DNA of 64,000 nt from a virus: positions 10,030 through 74,029 of the IMG/VR virus record IMGVR_UViG_3300033182_000371; one strand, given 5' to 3'. The notes beneath the pieces are model-generated. The model saw only the letters and a list, made by a program, of their open reading frames with translations. It did no database searches and was not told the DNA's origin. Made by a program: the position numbers and the translations under genes. Shown piece by piece: positions 56,832 through 64,000 of the stretch (its first letter is position 1; each line of letters opens with the position of its first letter).

Positions 56832-57452
56832 TCAAGCGACATCGCCACCATTTCCAGCAGCTTCCCACCACTGGACTTGGAGTGTGACGGTGAACTCTTC
56901 AATAGAATCTGCGGAATCATAAGAAAGATCCTGTGCAGAAATATTCGTGGGGAATACGCTGTAGAACTTGTAGGTTCTCAGGATGGGCAGATTAGCATCA
57001 GACTCTTGAGATTGCTGAGCAACTGCAGATCTACCAAGTTGATATACATAAGCATCCTTGGTATAATCTTCAGGGTTGGTATTGCCAGCGCCATCAGAAA
57101 CTTTGACAATAGAATTCATCCATCTTTCGAAGGAAGAACGCAGAGCAAAGTCAGTGTCATTGATAACTGTGATAGTCCATTCATCGAATGTTCTGTCACC
57201 AGCGATCTTCAAAGTACGACCTCTGAAGGGAACACTGATCGGAGCAATGTTCGATGCGGGGAGAGTAGCTGCCTTTACCAGGAATCTGGACTTAGCATCG
57301 ATGTCGTTAACCGACTGATCTACTACTCCGTCAGGGAAAGCAAGAACAACTTCAAATAGATTAGGTCTTGCGATACCGCCAGACAGTCTCGACTTAAACT
57401 TGTCGATTGTCCTGTCTGCGGTCTTTGGGGGATTTTGTGAATTGATAGCCAT
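56832..57452 (-). CDS. g19: Tail tube protein (gp19)
   Basis: ARPNLFEV, AGDRTFDEWT, IEEFTV. Confidence 0.95.
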   Translation of the reverse strand: MAINSQNPPKTADRTIDKFKSRLSGGIARPNLFEVVLAFPDGVVDQSVNDIDAKSRFLVKAATLPASNIAPISVPFRGRTLKIAGDRTFDEWTITVINDTDFALRSSFERWMNSIVKVSDGAGNTNPEDYTKDAYVYQLGRSAVAQQSQESDANLPILRTYKFYSVFPTNISAQDLSYDSADSIEEFTVTLQVQWWEAAGNGGDVA

Positions 57453-57486
57453 TAGTTTTTACCTCGTTGAGTTTATTATAAGGCGA

Positions 57487-59853
57487 TCAAACTCGACCAA
57501 TAACTTCTTCAAAGCTGACACCCGTGCGGGTGGCAACGAAGGTCAGACCGATGAAGTTAATCGATCTGTTCGGTTTGATGTAGATGTCAGCAACGAATTC
57601 ATTGTTATCAATGACCGCAGCAGTGTTGTTTGTTTCGTCACAAACAACGATGAAGTCTGTAACACCTCTCTTCGATTGAACATCGCGGAGGAAGGGTTCT
57701 ACGATGTTGATGAAGTTCAGTCTTGTGATTTCATCGTTGAATTCAAACAGTTGATCTCTAGCGGCAGCAGCGATTGCTTTTTCGAGATAGATGAAGAGGC
57801 GGCGAACATTGATTCTGTCGAATGCAGATGCTTTGCCAAGAGCAGTCTTATCACCGAAGAGAATAATACCAGCACCAGGAGAGAAGATGACAGGGTTGAC
57901 TCTTGCAGAGTACAGTCTGTCTCTTTCAGTCTGAGAGGGGTTATATGCCAATTTAACGGCATTCAGGATAGCACCTCTATTAGTTCCACCAGGAGAGAAC
58001 CAGGGGAAGTTGTTGATATCGTTTCTAGCACAAACACCAGCGATGTCTCCGTTCAGAGGAACATATCGGAAGTTTCTGCTGAAGCGATCATACATGTACT
58101 TGTAACCACTGTCAAAGATGGCATAAGAAGAAGATGTGACGGAGGAGTAGAATGCAGTTACGGCAGAAGTAACAGCGTCAGAACTCAGTGTCAGATCTTC
58201 ACCATCTCCAGAGGTTGAGAGGAAAGCGCCTCTCCACGGAGAGATGCAAGCAACACAATCTTTTCTAACTTCAGCAATAGAAATCAGTTTATTTGCAAGT
58301 GCTTGTGTTGCTTCTCTACCATGAGCACCAGATCCCATGATGAGGAAGTCAAGCTCGTAAGCATCTTTGTTGGAAAGCAGATCGTAACCAGTCGAAAGAT
58401 CTCCAACGCTAACTTTCAGAGCGTCTGTGGTTTCAATGCTTGTCTTACCGCCGTAATCTAGACCACCAGCAAGAGATGCTTGATAGTTACCGATAGCAGC
58501 GAAGGAAACATCCTCAGCATCTTGATCCCATGCAACATCCGACTTAGGATCAAAGTCGGCATCCAGATCTACTGTAACCACTCCAGCTGGAGCGCCACCA
58601 CCAAAGACATACTGACTAGCAACTTCAAGTTGCTTTCTCCAGTAAGAAGCAGTTCCTGTGGAGAGGATAGCGTCTTTTGCTTTAGAACCAGCGATAAACT
58701 TCTCAAGAAGTGTTCCAGCGTTTCCAGTAATCTTACCAGTATCGTCTAAGAGGACGACATGGACTTCATCGTTTCTGGAGTTTCTTGCTTCAGCGTAAGA
58801 AGAAGTTCCAGGTCTGTCCCCGAGAGTATTCCAAGCGATTGTGTCGCCATTGTTCAGAGTGATGCTCTGGTCATCGAACCAGTCCTTAGCGCCAGTGTAA
58901 TCTACATTGCCATCATATCCCAGAGCAGCGAGATAGCGAGGATCACCAGCAGTGATGCCAGCACCAGTCAGAGCAGTCAGGAAGTCTGAGGTTGTGAAGC
59001 TAGATCCATAAGCAACATTGCTTCCTACCCATCCAAGTTGACCAGTACCGACTCCAGACTGAACATGAACATACAGAGAACCAGAATTTTGGAACTCATA
59101 GATTCCGCCAGGAGTGTAATCAACTTCTGTTTCTGTACCAGCGGCACTTACATGAGAAACGACTTTGACCGAAACCTGACCAGAACCAACTTCTGTAATT
59201 ACGCCCTTAAGATAACCGTCCAGAAGGGAGGTAGCACCTACGCCAGCAACAACAGTTCCTGCGGGGATTGCCTGAGTAACACCAAGACCTACGCTGAGGT
59301 CAAGAGCGCCGATACCATCTTCATATCCAGCAACAGCAGCAAGACCGCCATTAGCAGTAGAAGAGAACCCAAGAATGGCAGAGGTGTCAATTCCAGTGAT
59401 GATCTGGTCAGCAAGACCATCAATCATCGCCAGCTTGATTCCATTCGCCCATGTTCCAGGGTTCTTACCAGCAACGACTACGCCAGAGATTGTATTCTCG
59501 CCGTATCCCTTGTTTGTGTAATCGTCATCACTCTTGATGGTGACGCTGCTTGCTGTTCCAACGAAACCGTTTTTGAGTCCAGCTTCATTAGATCTTACTA
59601 CGCGAAGTACACCGCCGTAGGCAAGGTAAGAAGAGGCAGTAAGCCAATATTCGTAGTGATTGTTGTCCTTATAAGGAGCGCCGAAGGTATCAAGCAGATC
59701 CGCTTCGGTTTCGATAAGGGTGGGTTTCTCGACTGGTCCTTTGGCAAAGGGGGCTACCAGACCACCTGCTTTGGTAGAAGTGGGGTCCACTCTACCTTGG
59801 GTCAGATCAACTTCCCTTACGACAATTCCAGGAGATGCTAAATTGAGCGGCAT
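57487..59853 (-). CDS. g18: Tail sheath protein (gp18)
   Basis: SPGIVVRE, PWFSP, FDRINVRRLF, FEFND. Confidence 0.97.
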   Translation of the reverse strand: MPLNLASPGIVVREVDLTQGRVDPTSTKAGGLVAPFAKGPVEKPTLIETEADLLDTFGAPYKDNNHYEYWLTASSYLAYGGVLRVVRSNEAGLKNGFVGTASSVTIKSDDDYTNKGYGENTISGVVVAGKNPGTWANGIKLAMIDGLADQIITGIDTSAILGFSSTANGGLAAVAGYEDGIGALDLSVGLGVTQAIPAGTVVAGVGATSLLDGYLKGVITEVGSGQVSVKVVSHVSAAGTETEVDYTPGGIYEFQNSGSLYVHVQSGVGTGQLGWVGSNVAYGSSFTTSDFLTALTGAGITAGDPRYLAALGYDGNVDYTGAKDWFDDQSITLNNGDTIAWNTLGDRPGTSSYAEARNSRNDEVHVVLLDDTGKITGNAGTLLEKFIAGSKAKDAILSTGTASYWRKQLEVASQYVFGGGAPAGVVTVDLDADFDPKSDVAWDQDAEDVSFAAIGNYQASLAGGLDYGGKTSIETTDALKVSVGDLSTGYDLLSNKDAYELDFLIMGSGAHGREATQALANKLISIAEVRKDCVACISPWRGAFLSTSGDGEDLTLSSDAVTSAVTAFYSSVTSSSYAIFDSGYKYMYDRFSRNFRYVPLNGDIAGVCARNDINNFPWFSPGGTNRGAILNAVKLAYNPSQTERDRLYSARVNPVIFSPGAGIILFGDKTALGKASAFDRINVRRLFIYLEKAIAAAARDQLFEFNDEITRLNFINIVEPFLRDVQSKRGVTDFIVVCDETNNTAAVIDNNEFVADIYIKPNRSINFIGLTFVATRTGVSFEEVIGRV

Positions 59854-59934
59854 CTTTAACTCCCAATAGAATCCAATTTGTCTACAAGTATTTAGAGTTT
59901 AGACCATTTTCAGTGGGGAAACAGTCCATGAACA

Positions 59935-60165
59935 CTACCAGTCTGGATACTCCCATCTATCAAATACCCTGTTAGTCATTCGGCTCACAACTACTCTCAT
60001 TTTTGTACACTCTTTGCATTCGTAAGAGTATGCTGACGGAATATCTCCACGATCTTTATGCGTTCTATAGAAGTCGTTCATTAGATCTTTGGTAACACCA
60101 CACGATCTACACTTTCTCTCCTTCATGAAGAGGTGACTGAACTCAAATTCCTCTTCAAAATCCAT
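59935..60165 (-). CDS. Small Zn-finger protein
   Basis: CRSC...CKEC; TGATG coupling to g17. Confidence 0.7.
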   Translation of the reverse strand: MDFEEEFEFSHLFMKERKCRSCGVTKDLMNDFYRTHKDRGDIPSAYSYECKECTKMRVVVSRMTNRVFDRWEYPDW

Positions 60166-61826
60166 CAATAATACTCCCACATATATGACATGTCTCCATA
60201 AGTAGAAGACATTTCCTTATCAACTGTCCATCTATCTCCACCTTCCATAAATGAGTCGTCATCTAGACCATCACTAATAAATCCAAAAGGTGCCATATCT
60301 TGTTCAATCTGTTCCTTTTGGTCTTCATAGATTCTCTTACGGACATCATTGTCCGTCATCTCTCGGAAGTAATCCTGAGCAACTAGCCAAGCAAAGATAA
60401 CCAAACACATAGCAAGGTCATCATGACAACCATCCTCTGCTTCCCATGATTGTTTTTTCTGAACAAATGTAGTCAACTCAGCGATTATATCGTAATCGCT
60501 TGTAATAAGTTTATCTTCTTCGATAAGTGCTTTGAGGTTAGAGCATCCTGTCTTCTTAACAGCAGCAGTCATCCTCACACCCATCTGAGTTTTCTTACCA
60601 CTAAACCCAGTTCCAACTTGCTGACCAGCTCTACCTCTCATAGCACACATCAGCATATTCTCATATTCTAGGTCATATTGTAAAATTGTTGCAACTTGTT
60701 CACCAATATCATTCACTTCCACTAATACATAGGCATTATTATATGCCTTTGCCATATCCAAAATAATATTTGGAAATAGCATTGGTTTGATTTCATTATT
60801 TTTATATCTTGCTACCGTCTTATACGGAAATTCTGAAATATCAAAAATTACGAAGGCAGAATAGTCATGATCTATGCCACGCGCAGTGTCAACAGTTATA
60901 ATATAATCACGATCCTTCTGTGGCTCTGTGTATACCACGAGTCCCTTTCCATTGTTCTTTACTGGATCCTCAAAGACAAGGTTTCTTAATTTAGATACAC
61001 TAATCAGCGTGTCAACAGATCCAAGGAATTCGCACTCGAACTCAACTTTGAACTGCTGCTCGGAGGTGTTAGCAATGGTCTGTGCCTTCCATGCTGCATC
61101 CCTACCAGGGACCTCAGACCAGTGAACCTCTGTTGCGGTATATTCGTTCTTACCTCTTTGTGCGTCGTGCCAATATCTGTAGAAATGGTTCATGCCGTGA
61201 GGCGTTGAAACCATGATTACTTTTGTTGTTTTACCAGAAGTAATAGTAGGATAAACAGAACTAAAGAATTGCTCTGCAATATGGTTTGGAACGAACGCAA
61301 ACTCATCGAGGAAGATGATGTTAAACGACATACCTCGGACAGCAGACGCAGATGTAGAAGCTGCCAATATCTTACTGCCATTTTCTAACTCGATAGAACC
61401 TTTATTCCATGATATGATACCTTGCTGCATCCATTTTGGCAAGTTCTCATATGCAGTTGCTAACCTTCCTAACAATTCTCTAGCAGTCGCTGCCTTGTTA
61501 GCAAGGATACCCACATTGACACTATCGTTAAAAACGATATAGTGTAGAAGAAACGCCACACAGGTAGTAGACTTACCAGTCTGTCGCGGCATCTTACAGA
61601 TATTAAATCTCTTCTCGTGGAAGTTCCGAATCAACTTCTCTTGGAAGTCGTACATATCGAATCCAACCAGACCTTCGTCCAGAGAAACAATCTTTACATA
61701 GTTTCTGGCAAAGTATACTGGATCATCCTTGCACATCAAATACTCTTGAACATCTTCTGGAGAAAATTCAATAGCAGTATTTGCTTTTTTTAGATTAGGA
61801 TTACCAAGATAAATGTCTTCGGGCAT
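60165..61826 (-). CDS. g17: Terminase large subunit (gp17)
   Basis: PRQTGKST, LDEFAF, STPHG, HDDLAM. Confidence 0.98.
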   Translation of the reverse strand: MPEDIYLGNPNLKKANTAIEFSPEDVQEYLMCKDDPVYFARNYVKIVSLDEGLVGFDMYDFQEKLIRNFHEKRFNICKMPRQTGKSTTCVAFLLHYIVFNDSVNVGILANKAATARELLGRLATAYENLPKWMQQGIISWNKGSIELENGSKILAASTSASAVRGMSFNIIFLDEFAFVPNHIAEQFFSSVYPTITSGKTTKVIMVSTPHGMNHFYRYWHDAQRGKNEYTATEVHWSEVPGRDAAWKAQTIANTSEQQFKVEFECEFLGSVDTLISVSKLRNLVFEDPVKNNGKGLVVYTEPQKDRDYIITVDTARGIDHDYSAFVIFDISEFPYKTVARYKNNEIKPMLFPNIILDMAKAYNNAYVLVEVNDIGEQVATILQYDLEYENMLMCAMRGRAGQQVGTGFSGKKTQMGVRMTAAVKKTGCSNLKALIEEDKLITSDYDIIAELTTFVQKKQSWEAEDGCHDDLAMCLVIFAWLVAQDYFREMTDNDVRKRIYEDQKEQIEQDMAPFGFISDGLDDDSFMEGGDRWTVDKEMSSTYGDMSYMWEYY

Positions 61827-61834
61827 AACTCACT

Positions 61835-61933
61835 TTACTTTTTCTTCCCACCATTCTTAGCTTTCTTCGCAGTCGCGTTTCCTTGATTCTGCTTCGATTG
61901 ACCCTTCTTGCCCTTGTTCGCGGACTTGGCCAT
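61835..61933 (-). CDS. 32-aa Lys-rich peptide
   Basis: MAKSANKGKKGQSKQNQGNATAKKAKNGGKKK. Confidence 0.55.
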   Translation of the reverse strand: MAKSANKGKKGQSKQNQGNATAKKAKNGGKKK

Positions 61934-62045
61934 CTTCTTCTAGTTCCTTAAATGATAGGCGTAGAATATATATAACACAATACAGCGTAAATGCTAACCC
62001 ACAGCAGAGAAGGATAATAACTGACCAGACAGGTTCCTGTGTCAT
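61857..62045 (-). CDS. Small membrane protein
   Basis: One TM segment. Confidence 0.55.
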   Translation of the reverse strand: MTQEPVWSVIILLCCGLAFTLYCVIYILRLSFKELEEDGQVREQGQEGSIEAESRKRDCEES

Positions 62046-62191
62046 TTGTGACTCTTAGCGAAAGGTTCCCAGTGCTCCCACTTGAATTTATGAACTGCCC
62101 AGATTCCCATGATGGGAACAAAGACTAGAATATAACAAAAGAATCCTAAGACGAAAGGATTGTTTAGTGCTGCTGCTGCGAAGTGTCCCAC
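62042..62191 (-). CDS. Small membrane protein
   Basis: Manual translation GHFAAAALNNP...GIWAVHKFKWEHWEPF. Confidence 0.55.
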   Translation of the reverse strand: MGHFAAAALNNPFVLGFFCYILVFVPIMGIWAVHKFKWEHWEPFAKSHK

Positions 62192-62388
62192 TTTTCTTTG
62201 AAGTATCTATCTACATTATATAAACAATCTAGAGGCGTTTTTTCATCTTGTGTTGCCCATTCATGACAAAAGTCAATCATGCTTCCAGTAACATGACTGA
62301 CTCCATATATTCTTGAAAATGAAGACCAAGCAAAATGAAACCGCTTCCTAATGTGCGGTTCCATTTCCCTTATAGTGTTCGGATTCAT
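62164..62388 (-). CDS. Hypothetical protein
   Basis: Packed ORF. Confidence 0.55.
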   Translation of the reverse strand: MNPNTIREMEPHIRKRFHFAWSSFSRIYGVSHVTGSMIDFCHEWATQDEKTPLDCLYNVDRYFKEKWDTSQQQH

Positions 62389-62479
62389 AGTAGTGCCCCT
62401 TCTTTGAACCGAAATAAATTGTAGTTAATACAAAGGGTATGGCAACGATTGCAAGTGCCTTTCCTAATAAATGCTCCAT
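62348..62479 (-). CDS. Small membrane protein
   Basis: MEHLLGK...YKGNGTAH. Confidence 0.6.
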   Translation of the reverse strand: MEHLLGKALAIVAIPFVLTTIYFGSKKGHYYESEHYKGNGTAH

Positions 62480-62616
62480 TATTGGTCTATCCCAAGTTCC
62501 TTTAAGTAGTCGATCCACCATTGGGGGTCTCTGTTCCTTCTCCATCGTGGAACCTCCATACCTTTCTCAGAGTAGTATTCAAACAGAGCATCATCGATAA
62601 TCTGTGCGACTTCCAT
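62479..62616 (-). CDS. Small hypothetical protein
   Basis: MEVAQIIDDAL...PQWWIDYL. Confidence 0.55.
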   Translation of the reverse strand: MEVAQIIDDALFEYYSEKGMEVPRWRRNRDPQWWIDYLKELGIDQ

Positions 62617-62800
62617 ACTCCTCGTCCTCTTCATCAAGGTCTGCATATGCATTTGCCACATAAGGTCCGTGTGATTTTCTGGATTCATCTCTGACATAGG
62701 TCCTTTCAGATTCTATACCTAGAAACCATACTGATAGTTTCATTACTATGTAGATAATGGCGAGTGGAGCAAAGCACAGTAATAACTTAAATGTCATCAT
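62591..62800 (-). CDS. Small membrane protein
   Basis: N-terminal TM segment, acidic tail. Confidence 0.6.
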   Translation of the reverse strand: MMTFKLLLCFAPLAIIYIVMKLSVWFLGIESERTYVRDESRKSHGPYVANAYADLDEEDEEYGSRTDYR

Positions 62801-62918
62801 CGTCCTCCCAGTAACCGTCGAATGGTTCTTGTAGTAGTTCTCTATGCTTTAGGAATCTCATTGCTTGACGCAGAAGTTCTTCATCTCTGTCGGTAAAGAT
62901 AATTTCTTCCTCGTTCAT
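62787..62918 (-). CDS. Small acidic protein
   Basis: Manual translation MNEEEIIFTD... Confidence 0.5.
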   Translation of the reverse strand: MNEEEIIFTDRDEELLRQAMRFLKHRELLQEPFDGYWEDDDDI

Positions 62919-63097
62919 TTATCCTTGAGTAACTCTTCTATTCTACGACGGGTGTCTTCAGATTTTTTACTCTCACGCTCACAGTGTTTGTAACCATGTT
63001 TTCCATGAAAAATAAAGTGACCTTGCACAATCATAGTTATACCAAAAAGGAATAATGTTAAGATTCCTATCAAATCTATAATGTTATGTTTATCCAT
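62915..63097 (-). CDS. Small membrane protein
   Basis: One TM segment. Confidence 0.55.
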   Translation of the reverse strand: MDKHNIIDLIGILTLFLFGITMIVQGHFIFHGKHGYKHCERESKKSEDTRRRIEELLKDK

Positions 63098-63261
63098 GGG
63101 AACAATGGTGGAATAACGCCAACTAGTCTTAAAAGTCCCTCAGCAAATAAAGCAAGAACCACCCAACCAACGCACATGCTAATGATAGAAGCATTACGGT
63201 TGTGTCGTCGTATTGCTGCATCGATCATCTCCTGAACTTCTTCTTTAGTTATGGGTTCCAT
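63076..63261 (-). CDS. Small membrane protein
   Basis: EVQEMIDAAIRRHNRNASIISM. Confidence 0.65.
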   Translation of the reverse strand: MEPITKEEVQEMIDAAIRRHNRNASIISMCVGWVVLALFAEGLLRLVGVIPPLFPWINITL

Positions 63262-63559
63262 CTTCTCTGTAAAAATCTTCCATTCTTTTTTTATCTTCTG
63301 GATAGTCTTTCTCAAGAACTTCCAGACGCTTTGCCCAGGTGTCTCCACCATCTTGTCCCTTCTTGGGATTGACGCATTGGAAACTTCCTAGTTTGTTGCA
63401 AACAAGACCTGCAAGGTCTAATTCATTTCCGAGTTTTCCTGTACCAGACCAATAGTGTTGTCCATTAATCCAGGTTGCTCCGCACTTAGGACACTCAACT
63501 CTGGTCATACTTAAGTCAGAATATTCTTTTTCCGAATCATATTCTGGTCTATCAGTCAT
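63245..63559 (-). CDS. Hypothetical Cys-containing protein
   Basis: CPKCGATWINGQHYW...LAGLVCN. Confidence 0.7.
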   Translation of the reverse strand: MTDRPEYDSEKEYSDLSMTRVECPKCGATWINGQHYWSGTGKLGNELDLAGLVCNKLGSFQCVNPKKGQDGGDTWAKRLEVLEKDYPEDKKRMEDFYREDGTHN

Positions 63560-63767
63560 TCTTGTACTCCTTGAGGAACTTTTCAAAATTGGTTGTATCT
63601 TTGATCAGTTGCCTTCTAAGTTTCCTTTCCATCCACTTCATCTGAACACGGATGAATGCATAACGAACCTGTAAGTCCGCATATGCAAAAAGTCGCATTG
63701 TTTCTTCATATCCCGCATACGCTACGAGAATGAGAAAGAATACGACTACGAAATAGGCACCGTACAT
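63552..63767 (-). CDS. Small membrane protein
   Basis: N-terminal TM segment. Confidence 0.6.
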   Translation of the reverse strand: MYGAYFVVVFFLILVAYAGYEETMRLFAYADLQVRYAFIRVQMKWMERKLRRQLIKDTTNFEKFLKEYKND

Positions 63768-63864
63768 ATGCGAGTATCAACCTGATACTATTATACAGAT
63801 ATTTAGAAATCTGTCTGTAACTTTAAGCTACAATGTTTTGAAAAGAGTATGAAGTTATGTTCAC

Positions 63865-63999
63865 TCAAGTATCGTTTTTAATAAGAATGAGGTCAAAATT
63901 AGAAGTAACCCGTGTGTTGTTTGATTCTACATTGTCAGCACGAATGTCAATGTCACTCTTTTCTTGGATGACTAAAGGAATAGGAAAATCATATCGGTA
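63865..63999 (-). CDS. 3' end of a hypothetical protein (partial)
   Basis: ...PLVIQEKSDIDIRA...FDLILIKNDT*. Confidence 0.55.
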   Translation of the reverse strand, partial: YRYDFPIPLVIQEKSDIDIRADNVESNNTRVTSNFDLILIKNDT

Positions 64000-64000
64000 A

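Noticed and set aside
1-64000. CRISPR array, integrase or photosynthesis genes
   Set aside because: No regularly spaced repeats and no matching ORFs seen by eye in this window

Overview
64 kb of a T4-like marine cyanophage (cyanomyovirus, Kyanoviridae-like). Essentially all genes are on the minus strand. In transcription order (right to left): small hypothetical ORFs; head/tail module (g17, g18, g19, g20, g21, g22, g23, g3); recombination/transcription/replication block (uvsY, uvsW, g55, g47, g46, VWA-peptidase, cobS, g45, g44, dam, g62, regA, hsp20, g43, uvsX, g41, mazG); late proteins including two modular putative internal-head polyproteins and a nucleotidyltransferase; primase and nrdAB; a 5-tRNA cluster interleaved with 2OG-Fe(II) oxygenases and a methyltransferase; and a GDP-sugar/glycosyltransferase operon (gmd, C-methyltransferase, fcl, GT11, GT6, FkbM-like). 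The most notable observations are: nine divergent 2OG-Fe(II) oxygenases placed at stop codons of core genes or overlapping tRNAs; a 108-bp peptide module shared by two late polyproteins; two candidate small RNAs, each with its own late promoter and terminator; late promoters built into hairpin arms; and a consensus plus-strand promoter with no gene behind it next to g55. All family assignments come from motif recognition and synteny; no database searches were run.
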